A stretch of DNA of 32,000 nucleotides from Candidatus Thorarchaeota archaeon (GCA_048882505.1 JBHLRO010000007.1:90001-122000), one strand, 5' to 3'; positions 17,468 to 27,388 are shown, counted from the stretch's first letter. The notes: a model not told the origin generated them from the sequence alone. Numbers and translations are program-made.

Positions 17468-17947
17468 TTAAGCTCCTTCTCGAGTACCAGGGGGACTCAT
17501 ACCAGGTAGAACCGTAAATACACTATCCGCGTAATAGTCAATTAAATAATATATGAAATCTCGGGCAGCTACTACGCCGATCAGCTTTCCTTTCTCCATG
17601 ACCGGCATGTGATCGTACTTTCCTCCCTCGTACATCGTCATTACGAGTTTAGATATTGAATCAGTACTTTCAATGGTAGTGAAATCGACCTCCATAATCG
17701 AACTGGCGAGGGCATCCTCCCTTAGTTTGCCGGCTGCTGCCCATCTTAATATTGACCTTTCCGTGATTAATCCTTGAATCTGCTCTTTAGAATCGACTAA
17801 GCATACATAATCTGTCTCTCGTTCCTTGAGCGAGTCTAAAGCGTCCCTTATTGTTGCTGTTTCAACATTTAGGGTTCTTAGTTTTGTTCGAATCAGCCTA
17901 GAACACTGATCTATCTTAAAAAGCTTAATTATGTCCTGATCTGACAT
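17468..17947 (-). CDS. CBS-pair protein, first gene of the kor operon
   Basis: YVCLVDSKEQIQGLITERSI and HMPVMEKGKLIGVVAARD. The likely start is ATG 17947; the track extends to 18106 through AT-rich promoter-like sequence. Confidence 0.85.
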   Translation of the reverse strand: MSDQDIIKLFKIDQCSRLIRTKLRTLNVETATIRDALDSLKERETDYVCLVDSKEQIQGLITERSILRWAAAGKLREDALASSIMEVDFTTIESTDSISKLVMTMYEGGKYDHMPVMEKGKLIGVVAARDFIYYLIDYYADSVFTVLPGMSPPGTREGA

Positions 17948-18162
17948 GGTCTGTCCCACGATTAGAAAATAAAATGCATTTGATAAAATTTTTTCTGATA
18001 TATTCGTTGCAATTGACGAATTTGCAAACCACCGAAAAAGAGCCCTCTGTAATCGAGTAACAGAGGGATTTTTTCTATCATCCTTCAAGGAAACGTTAAT
18101 TATCAAGTAACTAATAATAAGACAGAATAAGTTCTATCACGAAAGTTTATCTGGCCGTTGTA

Positions 18163-20430
18163 TTGGGATTCGGAATGAACTGGAATATTCTGCTTGCCTA
18201 TTTCAATTCATTTATGGCGGCAATCGGTACAGGAATTACTTTTACTGCCTTCTCCGTATTTATCACGCAAACTTTGGGTTTACCAAATCTTGTCCTTGGG
18301 AATCTGTTTACAATTGCAGGATTAGCCTCAACGATCTTCGTATTTCCTTCTGGCTACCTAGCCGATAAGTACCGGAGAGACATTCTCATTCGGTTATCGG
18401 TACTTTTTCTATTTATGGGCCAGATATTGCTTATTACATCAACAACTCTAATCGGTTCTCCAGAAACCGCGTTAATTGCTTTGATAGCGAGTCGTTTTCT
18501 TGATGGTATGGGGTGGGGATTATCTGGACCAGCTGCCCAAGCTCTTATAGCTGACAGTCTTGAAGCCGGTAATAGATCACATGTATACGCACGGATGCAT
18601 TTTGTGAACCTTGGGGCATCTGCCATTGGCCCTTTTCTAGCTATTGGACTAACATTAATCTTTGGTGATACCTGGGCCATCGGAACTCTTCAGAATTTGA
18701 TCATAATAGGTGCTATTGCATCTATATTTGGAATTCTCTCGTTGGGACTCATGAGCGATGATCAGGCGGTAACTTCAAGACTGGAAATCCCCTCCCAAGA
18801 CAAGCAGATAGAGAAAGAACCAGTAATTGCCACGGTGTTCGGTCGAGAATTCTCATACGATGTTGTCATTCCGAGTGTTATCGTAATTTCGGGGATAATT
18901 ATAGGATTTGGTGCTGGTGCAACCGTGGCGTTCTTTCCCGTGCTTTTCGCAGATCCTCACATTGGTTATGGATTAAAACCTTTGTTTACTTACACAATTA
19001 TGGGCATAACCAGCCTTGTAACCGGATTTGCTGGAATTATGGCCCAGAAATTGATACAGAAGACAGGTAGGATCGGCAGTATGTTTTTGGTTCAAGGCCT
19101 AGCTATATTGTGTCTCCTTGGGTTAGTCATTAATCTCGTTTTGTATCAAGGAGGTACTATTCTCTTTGAAACATCAGTGCTTATACTTGTCTTCTTTTAT
19201 ATATCACGTAATTCGTTGATGAATGCTAGTGGCCCAATTTCTCGATCAATCGTTATGGACGTAGTTCCCTCCAAGGACAGGGGAAAGTGGAATTCGTTAG
19301 AAACATTGGCTTGGGGCATGTTCTGGTCTGTTTCAGCCTCTATTGGTGGATTTGTTGTCGATACGTTGGGTTTTTTGTACGTATTCGTATTTACCGCGAC
19401 ATTATACTCCATAGCAACCCTAGTATTGCTCACAATTAGAAAGCGTGTTCCTAAGGAGTCTGTTTTATCCCGTACATATCAGATTGGAAGACTTTCAACC
19501 CGTAATCGTGTTGTTATGTCATCTAATACTTTGAATGGCAGTCTAAAACCTGCAGATCATGCGGGTCAATTAAAACAGGAGACTATCTCTTTTTATGCCA
19601 ATGTTTCTCAAGGAGGAGTCGGATTAATCTGTTTACAGCCTGCTTATATCTCTAATTCTGGTAAACAGACTGTGAATCAGTTGGGAATCCACGAAGATTA
19701 TTGTATTCCACGTTTACAGGAATTAGTGGAGCATGTGCACCAGGATGGCGCTTTAATAGGAATTCGTATCACGCATGCCGGAGCAGCAACGCGAAGGTCA
19801 ATAACTGGGTCGGAACCGTTATCAGCTTCCAGCATTCAAATACCTGGTTATGATCCTCCTCGCGCGCTTGAATCTGGGGAATTACTGGAAATCAGACAGG
19901 AATTTGTGAATGCCGCCCATAGGGCCGTCGTTGCCGGTTTTGATGTAATCGAACTGTCATCATTTTTCGACCCAAATCAAGTACCAGATTTGTTTACTCA
20001 GTTTCTTTCTCCTAAATTTAATAAACGAACAGATAAGTACGGTGGATCATTTGGAAACAGAATGCAGTTTCCTTTGGAAGTAATAAAAGATATAAAGTCA
20101 TCCCTTCCCCCATCCGTGATGTTAGCGTTTTATGTTTGTGTTCCTACGCACGAATTGGTATTGGATGAACTTATTGAATTCGTTGGCTCTCTTTGCTACT
20201 CGGGAATTGAGATCCTGGGCTTAGATTTTGTAGATCGGTTGATAGAACAAGAAGAATCTATCGAATTAATAAAGAGAATACGAAAAGAATTTCCTGCTTT
20301 AGCCCTAATTTTTAGCGGGGATTTTGATGTGAGAAGCGGAGAAAACGCCATTAAAAAAGGTCAGGCCGATCTAATTGGCTTTGAAACTTTGCTTCAACGA
20401 GACGCTTCATTTCCCAATGCTTTACGATAA
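18163..20430 (+). CDS. MFS transporter fused to a degenerate NADH:flavin oxidoreductase (Old Yellow Enzyme) TIM-barrel domain
   Basis: About 430 aa of hydrophobic helices with MFS motif A (SGYLADKYRRD, QKTGRIG), then OYE landmarks IGRLSTRNRVVM, GGVGLI, THAG, AGFDVIE, QFLSPKFNKRTDKYGGSFGNRMQF and ADLIGF in one continuous ORF. Alternative ATG at 18175. Confidence 0.9.
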   Translation: MGFGMNWNILLAYFNSFMAAIGTGITFTAFSVFITQTLGLPNLVLGNLFTIAGLASTIFVFPSGYLADKYRRDILIRLSVLFLFMGQILLITSTTLIGSPETALIALIASRFLDGMGWGLSGPAAQALIADSLEAGNRSHVYARMHFVNLGASAIGPFLAIGLTLIFGDTWAIGTLQNLIIIGAIASIFGILSLGLMSDDQAVTSRLEIPSQDKQIEKEPVIATVFGREFSYDVVIPSVIVISGIIIGFGAGATVAFFPVLFADPHIGYGLKPLFTYTIMGITSLVTGFAGIMAQKLIQKTGRIGSMFLVQGLAILCLLGLVINLVLYQGGTILFETSVLILVFFYISRNSLMNASGPISRSIVMDVVPSKDRGKWNSLETLAWGMFWSVSASIGGFVVDTLGFLYVFVFTATLYSIATLVLLTIRKRVPKESVLSRTYQIGRLSTRNRVVMSSNTLNGSLKPADHAGQLKQETISFYANVSQGGVGLICLQPAYISNSGKQTVNQLGIHEDYCIPRLQELVEHVHQDGALIGIRITHAGAATRRSITGSEPLSASSIQIPGYDPPRALESGELLEIRQEFVNAAHRAVVAGFDVIELSSFFDPNQVPDLFTQFLSPKFNKRTDKYGGSFGNRMQFPLEVIKDIKSSLPPSVMLAFYVCVPTHELVLDELIEFVGSLCYSGIEILGLDFVDRLIEQEESIELIKRIRKEFPALALIFSGDFDVRSGENAIKKGQADLIGFETLLQRDASFPNALR

Positions 20431-20449
20431 GAATCGATAAAAACATAGG

Positions 20450-20839
20450 TCAACTGGTACAATACGTTTCATATTCGTCAGCATTCATCAATTTCGCAAG
20501 ATCCTCTTCCAAGTTTGATGGCCGAACGCGGACAAGCCATGCACCATAAGGATCTGAATTAGTCAATTCCGGAGAGTCCTCAACCTCGTCATTAACCTCC
20601 ATGACTTCTCCTGATATTGGCGAATGGACATCAGATACAGCTTTTACTGATTCAATTGCTGCAAACACTTCTCCCTGGGTTATTGTATCCCCGACTTCAG
20701 GAAGTTCAACCATGACGACATCCTTTAAAGCTTGTTGGGCAAAATCCGAAATCCCAATCAAACATGTTCCATCATCTTCAACTCTGCACCATTGGTGCTC
20801 CTTATAGTATTTTGCAGACTTATCGTATTCATAAGACAT
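20450..20839 (-). CDS. gcvH: Glycine cleavage system H protein (lipoyl carrier)
   Basis: EHQW, GISDFAQ, ESVKAVSD lipoyl lysine, SPISGEV, NSDPYG-W; GGAG RBS. Confidence 0.95.
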   Translation of the reverse strand: MSYEYDKSAKYYKEHQWCRVEDDGTCLIGISDFAQQALKDVVMVELPEVGDTITQGEVFAAIESVKAVSDVHSPISGEVMEVNDEVEDSPELTNSDPYGAWLVRVRPSNLEEDLAKLMNADEYETYCTS

Positions 20840-21589
20840 TACAACATTCTCCTTGGAAAACCTTCCTGGTCATCTAATGATAGGACGCTAGAAAGTTGTA
20901 AATCGGATAAAATCCTTTTTTTTTAAGTCTATTGGCGCGAGACCTATATCAGTGGTAATCCATTTCATTATAGTGATAAAATAGTCGAATAGAGAAAACT
21001 TAGTTTAATTCTGTCCGATATCGGAATTAAAAATCCAGAGGTTTAATCTTAATGGCTGGCAGCATGCCATCCATCTTTTCTGAATTCTAGGATTGGATCG
21101 AATAATGTCTTTTCTTTCTCAATAAGAATAGCCACGGAATTACCAGAAAAGCTAATCCTTCACAGAACTAGCGGGACGAGGTATGTCAAAACATATCAAA
21201 AAATCGAAAGTTTAAACTTACAAAATTCACCAATAGGAATTCAATGACTTTGGGGCCATTTTCCGCCTTACGAACACAAAATTGGAGTGGTGTCGATTCC
21301 AAATTATCATATGAGTTTTCCAATTTAAATAATTTAATTCATAATTATCGTTATTTATCGCAAATAAAAAATGAATCGTTCGTTGATCGCTTATTCACTC
21401 CAATGTGTTCACGAAATAGTTGTCAGGGGCGGATGGACCAATTAACAATAATAAATTCCGGAAAAAAACGAAAAAAGAGAAAAAGGTCAAGTGCCATACG
21501 AGTACACGGAATTTCCTATATCTTATACCAGAGGAAATCCCTATAAATAGCTCAGAAGTGCTCGACAGTCTCTTAAATTGGGATTATTT

Positions 21590-22231
21590 ATGAGTACACA
21601 AGTATATGAGTTGAATGATGAAAGTCAAGCTTTTCGTAACGAAGTTGTTGAAGAAGAGGGGGGCCACCACCTTAAGAGCTGCTTTCAGTGCTCATCCTGC
21701 TCTTTAGCGTGTCCTGTGGCCGAAGTTGGTGTTGATCTGCATCCTCGTCGTGTTATTCGCCAGATTCTTTTTGGCTTAAGGAAAGAGGTTTTACAAAGCC
21801 CGGAAATTTGGAAATGTGTCGGATGTTTTGAATGTACAGACATGTGTCCCCAGAACGTGCGTTTCACAGAGGTGATAGAGGCCCTCCGACGGATAGCCAT
21901 TCGTGATTCTAAGCATGATAATAAGAATCACCGAATAACATTACCCAAGGAAGCGGTTTTAAAACACTCTTTTGATAAAAGGTTCAAGGAAAGCGTATGG
22001 TTATGGGGACGGACTTGGGAACCTGGAATGATCGGTCGGTACTTCTTATATGGACGGGGTTTCCCCTTTGGGGCCTTGATTGGATTTAAGTATCTATCAA
22101 TGATTCTAAACTTACTTGCCAAATTTAAAATTGAATTCCTCCCGCCCCGAACTGGAGAGACACGCAAAGAAGTTCGACGTATTTTCGCAAGAGCCAAAGA
22201 AATACAGAACGGTAAGGGGTCTTCATCATGA
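21590..22231 (+). CDS. hdrC: Heterodisulfide reductase subunit C-like 2x[4Fe-4S] protein
   Basis: CFQCSSCSLACP and CVGCFECTDMCPQ. ATG 21590 (track start TTG 21578); TATA-like CTATAAAT at about 21541. Confidence 0.9.
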   Translation: MSTQVYELNDESQAFRNEVVEEEGGHHLKSCFQCSSCSLACPVAEVGVDLHPRRVIRQILFGLRKEVLQSPEIWKCVGCFECTDMCPQNVRFTEVIEALRRIAIRDSKHDNKNHRITLPKEAVLKHSFDKRFKESVWLWGRTWEPGMIGRYFLYGRGFPFGALIGFKYLSMILNLLAKFKIEFLPPRTGETRKEVRRIFARAKEIQNGKGSSS

Positions 22232-23127
22232 AGATAGCGTACTATCCTGGTTGTTCATTGCATAAGATGGCAAAGGAATATAATAAATCTACATACAAAG
22301 TTTCTAAAGCTCTTGATCTCGAGCTGGAAGAACTAGAGGGGTGGAATTGCTGCGGAGCAATGGAAGTTAGCGCTATTGATCCCCTGGCTGCTGATGGCAT
22401 TGTAGCGCGTAATTTGGCCTTGGCCGAAACTCAGGGCTATAACGATCTCATGGCGGTCTGTCCAGCCTGCTCTCATAAATTAATCTCAGTCAATCGAAAA
22501 ATGGAACTTAATGATGCGAAGGCAGAGGAGATTAATTCGCTTCTGGACCGTTCGTATACTCCTGGTGCAGTGAATCCAATCCATTTTCTGCAGGTTCTCA
22601 AAGACAAAATCGGTTTAGATAAAATAAGGCAGAAAGTTCTTCCAGGAAATCCGCTTGAGGGAAAAAAAGGAGTATCTTACTATGGATGCCTCTGTACTAG
22701 ACCAGGGGACGTCATTCAGTTTGAGGATCCAAACAACCCAACGTTTATGGATGATATTCTTCGCGTAATCGGAGTTGAAGTTCCACATTTTCCCATGAAA
22801 ACCAAGTGTTGTGGAGCCACGCAACTCATGGTGAACAAACCCTTGGTTGAAAGTCTTACAGGGAATATCTTATTAAATGCCCATGATGTAGGTGCTGAAT
22901 TTGTTGTCGTCGCCTGCCAGATGTGTGCACAGGCCTTGGATGGCCAACAGAAGCAATCTCTCAAGCGTGTAGAAGCCAAGAATGTTAAGCTTCCTGTGCT
23001 ATACATATCTCAAGCCTTGGGTATTGCGATGGGTATGAGCTACGGTATGTTGGGTTTGGGTTCCAATTTCGTTTCGCCCAAAAGGCTTCTTGCGCGTAAA
23101 TCAAACGGAGGCACAGGAACAAAATGA
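22228..23127 (+). CDS. hdrB: Heterodisulfide reductase subunit B
   Basis: YYPGCSL, WNCCGA, CPAC, YYGC, KCCGA, ACQMC (two CCG domains); ATGA overlap with hdrC. Confidence 0.93.
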   Translation: MKIAYYPGCSLHKMAKEYNKSTYKVSKALDLELEELEGWNCCGAMEVSAIDPLAADGIVARNLALAETQGYNDLMAVCPACSHKLISVNRKMELNDAKAEEINSLLDRSYTPGAVNPIHFLQVLKDKIGLDKIRQKVLPGNPLEGKKGVSYYGCLCTRPGDVIQFEDPNNPTFMDDILRVIGVEVPHFPMKTKCCGATQLMVNKPLVESLTGNILLNAHDVGAEFVVVACQMCAQALDGQQKQSLKRVEAKNVKLPVLYISQALGIAMGMSYGMLGLGSNFVSPKRLLARKSNGGTGTK

Positions 23128-24260
23128 CATTATCAGGCCAATCTCCCTCTGGGTTTCTTCCATTGGATACATCCGATCCGATGTCTGTTATTTATGCATG
23201 TTATCAATGTGGGTCGTGTACAGGGGTATGTCCTCTACGTAAAGTCTCACAATACAATCCACGTGCCATCATTCATGCTTCTCTTCTGGGCCACTCTTTG
23301 TCAGAGGATGATCTAACCGATTGCCTGACTTGCCGTCAATGCTACGAAGTTTGCCCTCAACAAATTGATTTTCCTCTCTTTATCCAAAGTCAACGGGCCC
23401 AGCTTGGGGTTAACGAACAGAACTTCGCCCATCATAACATCTTCAATCTTCTCCAAGATATGCAAAGTAAAAATAGTGAGAAAGGGATGGAATTCGAGTA
23501 TGAAGGAGATCTCAATCCTGAAGGGAATATTGCCTATTTTCCTGGTTGTATTGATTTGTTTGATCGTTTACTAGACCTTGAGCAAGTGGACTTCCATCAG
23601 ATAGGTCAAAGCGCAATCAACCTTATCAATAAGGCTGGAATAGAGCCAAACCTTGTTTCTCTGAAATGTTGCGGCCATGATGCCTTTTGGAGCGGAGACA
23701 ATGAATCTTTTAAGAAAATACGTTCCTATAATGAGAAGATCCTAAAAAAATCAGGAATAGCCATCCTCATTTTGTCATGTGCCGAATGCTACTATTCATT
23801 CAAAGAACTATATCAGCTTGACAACATCACAATCCAGCATATTTCAGAATTTATTGTAAAAAATTCTGATAACTTCTCAAAAGGAGATATGGAGCCCGCA
23901 ACCGTAACCTATCACGATCCATGTAGATTGGGACGCTATTTGGGTGAATATGACAATCCTCGTGAGGCTATCAAGGGTATCGATGGCATTACGTTTACCG
24001 AACTCCCAAAAAATCGTGGTTCTACTCAATGTTGTGGAGTTTCGGCATGGATGAAGTGTGATGACAAATCGAGATATCTTATGCTTCAAAAACTAGAAGA
24101 AGCAACAAAGACAGGTGCGTCTACGCTAACAGTATCCTGTACTAAGTGCTTTGCTCATTTAAACTGTGTTCTGCACGATAAAAAACCACAACACAATTTT
24201 GATATTCAGATCAAGGAGCTGGGAACCCTTGTGGACGAAGCAATCCCGCGGGTGAAATAA
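23124..24260 (+). CDS. HdrD-like fused HdrC-HdrB (Fe-S)-binding protein
   Basis: CYQCGSCTGVCP, CLTCRQCYEVCP, then YFPGC, KCCGH, SCAEC, YHDPCRLGR, QCCGV, SCTKC; ATGA overlap with hdrB. Confidence 0.88.
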   Translation: MTLSGQSPSGFLPLDTSDPMSVIYACYQCGSCTGVCPLRKVSQYNPRAIIHASLLGHSLSEDDLTDCLTCRQCYEVCPQQIDFPLFIQSQRAQLGVNEQNFAHHNIFNLLQDMQSKNSEKGMEFEYEGDLNPEGNIAYFPGCIDLFDRLLDLEQVDFHQIGQSAINLINKAGIEPNLVSLKCCGHDAFWSGDNESFKKIRSYNEKILKKSGIAILILSCAECYYSFKELYQLDNITIQHISEFIVKNSDNFSKGDMEPATVTYHDPCRLGRYLGEYDNPREAIKGIDGITFTELPKNRGSTQCCGVSAWMKCDDKSRYLMLQKLEEATKTGASTLTVSCTKCFAHLNCVLHDKKPQHNFDIQIKELGTLVDEAIPRVK

Positions 24261-24262
24261 TC

Positions 24263-27200
24263 ATGGTTACCATTACGCAGGAAATTCCTCAATCTTCAAC
24301 GAAACTGGGATCTGTTTTAGTCATTGGTGGAGGAATCGCAGGTATCCAAGCATCACTGGATCTAGCTGAGCAGGGATTCCTGGTTTATTTAATGGAAAGT
24401 AACCCCTCCATAGGGGGTCGGATGGTTCAGTTAGATAAGACTTTTCCTACTCTTGATTGCGCTATGTGTATTCTGGGCCCCAAATTAGTTGATGTAGAAC
24501 GCCATCCGAATATTAAACTCTTGACTTATTGTGATCCCATTAGCTTAGCAGGAGAACCTGGAAATTTCGAAGTGCGCTATTTAAAGAAAGCACGGTATGT
24601 TGATGAGGAAAAGTGTACCGGCTGTGGAGTATGTCAAGATAAATGTCCTGAATGGATTTATGATGATTTCAATGCTGGCTTGACTAGAAAAGATAAACGC
24701 GGCCGAATTCGTCAAGGCCGTAAAAATATCTCAATCCCATTTCCTCAGGCCGTTCCGAAAATTGCTTACCTTCAACGTGATACTTGTCGGTGGTTTACTA
24801 AGGGAAAATGTCAAATCTGCCTAAAATTATGTGGCCCCGGAGCAGTGGACTACGAACAGAAAGACGAGGAAAAGACCATCAATATCGGTGCAGTAATCGT
24901 TACAACGGGATTTGATCCATTTGATGTTAGAACACTCCCGAGTCTTCACTTTGAGGACTTTGCCAATGTTGTAACAACACTCCAATTTGAACGTTTGCTC
25001 AGCGCAAGCGGCATCACAGAGGGAGAAGTTATTCGGCCTTCAGACGATGAACATCCAAAGAAAATCGCTTTTCTACAATGCGTGGGGTCACGGAATACAA
25101 CCCTAAACAGAGATTATTGCTCTGCTGCCTGTTGTATGTTTTCGGTAAAAGAAGCGATAATGGCAAAGGAACATGACCCTGATGTCGATGCTTATGTTTA
25201 TTATATCGATATCAGAGCCTTTGGGAAGGGATTTGAAGAATTTTATAAAAGGGCAAAAGATGAATTCGGAATTAAGTTTATTAAGTCACGTATCAGAGAA
25301 CTTAGAGAAATCTCAGGAAATAAGAACCTTATCATAAAGTATGAAGATTTTTCAGGACCTAATCCTGTCATAAAAGCAGATGAAATGGATATGGTTGTTC
25401 TTTCAACTGGATTAGATCCATCGTCCCGAAGGAAATTTTTAAACTCATGTCTAAGTCTTGAGCTTGATCGTTACGGATTTGTCCAAACAAATCCGTTGAC
25501 ACCTCTAGAAACAAATCGAGCAGGGATTTATGTTTGTGGGGTAGCCTCAGGGCCCAAAGATATCCCTGATACCGTTGCCCAAGCGAGTGGTGCGGCAGCA
25601 AAAGCAGCTATCTTCTTAAAAGAGGTGAGAGGAACTGAAATTGAGGAGGTCAAACTTCCGCCGCCAATCCCAGTTAGTTCGATGGATGAACCTCGTATCG
25701 GGGTTCTCATTTGCCATTGTGGACATAATATAGCTTCTGTTGTTGATGTCGAAGCGGTCGCGGAATACGCCAGATCATTCCCAAATGTGGTATTCGCAAC
25801 AGATCCCATGTATGCATGTGCAGCCGATACTCAGGTCTTAATTCGAGAAGCCATCCAAGAACATCAACTAAATCGTGTTATCGTGGCCTCGTGTACCCCA
25901 AGAACTCATGAGCCCCTTTTTAGGAGCACTCTTAAGGAAGTTGGACTAAATGAATTCTTGTTTGACCTGGTGAATATTCGAGAACAGGTGTCGTGGGTCC
26001 ATCCTGACGCGGGAGAGATGGCGACCGAAAAGGCGAAAGACCTTGTGCGTGGGGCTATTACACGGGCCAATCGTTTGGAACCCCTATTTAAGGAGAAAAT
26101 AACGATTATCCAGAAATCCCTGGTGATCGGGGGTGGTGTCGCAGGTATGACGTGTGCCCTTGATCTGGCACGAGCAGGATATCCCGTATATTTGATGGAA
26201 AAAGAAGATCAACTGGGAGGGGAGCTCCTTAGAGTCCCTGATCTTCATAATGGATTAAAAGGACCAGAAATTGTCGCTAACCTCGAAACCCAAGTTCGGA
26301 ATGAACCTAATATCACTGTATTTACAAATGCAAGGCTAGAGGATGTACGTGGAACTGTGGGTAACTTCAAAGCTTTAGTTCAAGGTACAGAAATTGATTT
26401 TGGTGCTGTCGTTCTCGCCACAGGAGCAAAGCCTTTTGAACCACACGGCTATTACCACTACGGTATAAATCCCAACGTTATCACCCAACGAGAACTGGAA
26501 ACGCATTTTGATGAATTTTCCCCCAATACGGTTGTAATAATCCAATGCGTCGGAGCCAGAGAACCAGATCCCCCCAGAACTTACTGCAGCCGTATTTGCT
26601 GTACTACTGCAATTAAAAACAGCATTCGAATTAAGGAACGCAACCCCAACACCAATGTGATAATTCTCTACAAAGATATCCGCACATACGGCACCCTAGA
26701 AGAACTATATCGGAAATCACGACAATTAGGGACGATATTCATTCGTTACACTGATGAAGATACCCTGCAGGTAAGTGAGAAGGGAGAAATTGAAATTTAC
26801 GATAATATGCTAGGAGCCAAGATACGAATCAACCCGGACCTAATTGTTCTGAGTACTCCGCTAATTCCAAATCCTAATGAAGACCTTGCCCAGACATTCA
26901 AAGTACCTCGAGGTAATGATGGATTTTTCTTGGAAGCGCATGTAAAACTTCGTCCTATCGACTTTGCCACCGAAGGTGTATTCTTAGCGGGCACTGGACA
27001 TTATCCGAAATTTTCTTCGGAGGCAATTTTCCAAGGCAGTGGAGCTGCTGTTCGAGTCATGGCTTTATTATCACAAGGCTACATTCTTTCTGAGGGTGCC
27101 ATCTCTGAAGTTGATCAGTCCATCTGCCGTGGCTGTGGGCGCTGTGAGCTTGTCTGTCCGTTCAATGCTATCCAAACGGAGGTCAAGTTAATAGATCTAG

Positions 27201-27388
27201 AAACTCAAACAATCCAGACGATTAAAGCAAGCATAAATCCGGCTGTATGCAAAGGATGCGGCATTTGTGTGGTCACTTGCCCTGTTAGTGCCATCACAGT
27301 GAAACATTTCCATAAAGAAACCATTGAAGCCCAGGTGAAATCCATTCTTCTGAAACCAGAGGAACTAGTTGCCGAGGAAATATCCTAG
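24263..27388 (+). CDS. hdrA: Large heterodisulfide reductase subunit A with tandem-duplicated FAD modules
   Basis: GGGIAG and GGGVAG FAD motifs, DKTFPTLDCAMC, two CVG-x-R...YCS-x-x-CC motifs, CHCG...SCTPRTHE, and inserted and C-terminal ferredoxin motifs. Confidence 0.95.
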   Translation: MVTITQEIPQSSTKLGSVLVIGGGIAGIQASLDLAEQGFLVYLMESNPSIGGRMVQLDKTFPTLDCAMCILGPKLVDVERHPNIKLLTYCDPISLAGEPGNFEVRYLKKARYVDEEKCTGCGVCQDKCPEWIYDDFNAGLTRKDKRGRIRQGRKNISIPFPQAVPKIAYLQRDTCRWFTKGKCQICLKLCGPGAVDYEQKDEEKTINIGAVIVTTGFDPFDVRTLPSLHFEDFANVVTTLQFERLLSASGITEGEVIRPSDDEHPKKIAFLQCVGSRNTTLNRDYCSAACCMFSVKEAIMAKEHDPDVDAYVYYIDIRAFGKGFEEFYKRAKDEFGIKFIKSRIRELREISGNKNLIIKYEDFSGPNPVIKADEMDMVVLSTGLDPSSRRKFLNSCLSLELDRYGFVQTNPLTPLETNRAGIYVCGVASGPKDIPDTVAQASGAAAKAAIFLKEVRGTEIEEVKLPPPIPVSSMDEPRIGVLICHCGHNIASVVDVEAVAEYARSFPNVVFATDPMYACAADTQVLIREAIQEHQLNRVIVASCTPRTHEPLFRSTLKEVGLNEFLFDLVNIREQVSWVHPDAGEMATEKAKDLVRGAITRANRLEPLFKEKITIIQKSLVIGGGVAGMTCALDLARAGYPVYLMEKEDQLGGELLRVPDLHNGLKGPEIVANLETQVRNEPNITVFTNARLEDVRGTVGNFKALVQGTEIDFGAVVLATGAKPFEPHGYYHYGINPNVITQRELETHFDEFSPNTVVIIQCVGAREPDPPRTYCSRICCTTAIKNSIRIKERNPNTNVIILYKDIRTYGTLEELYRKSRQLGTIFIRYTDEDTLQVSEKGEIEIYDNMLGAKIRINPDLIVLSTPLIPNPNEDLAQTFKVPRGNDGFFLEAHVKLRPIDFATEGVFLAGTGHYPKFSSEAIFQGSGAAVRVMALLSQGYILSEGAISEVDQSICRGCGRCELVCPFNAIQTEVKLIDLETQTIQTIKASINPAVCKGCGICVVTCPVSAITVKHFHKETIEAQVKSILLKPEELVAEEIS

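Noticed and set aside
20840-21000. Glycine riboswitch upstream of gcvH
   Set aside because: No consensus aptamer elements are visible and the riboswitch is essentially bacterial.
21244-21546. 100-aa ORF in the gcvH-hdrC spacer
   Set aside because: It runs through AT-rich and poly-A promoter-like sequence, has no RBS or motif, and is probably spurious.
24455-24469. Selenocysteine in HdrA (DCxxU site) and in MvhD, as in some Asgard and methanococcal homologues
   Set aside because: The codons are TGC/TGT in HdrA (DCAMC) and in MvhD (27480-27491, CNWC); both ORFs are uninterrupted.
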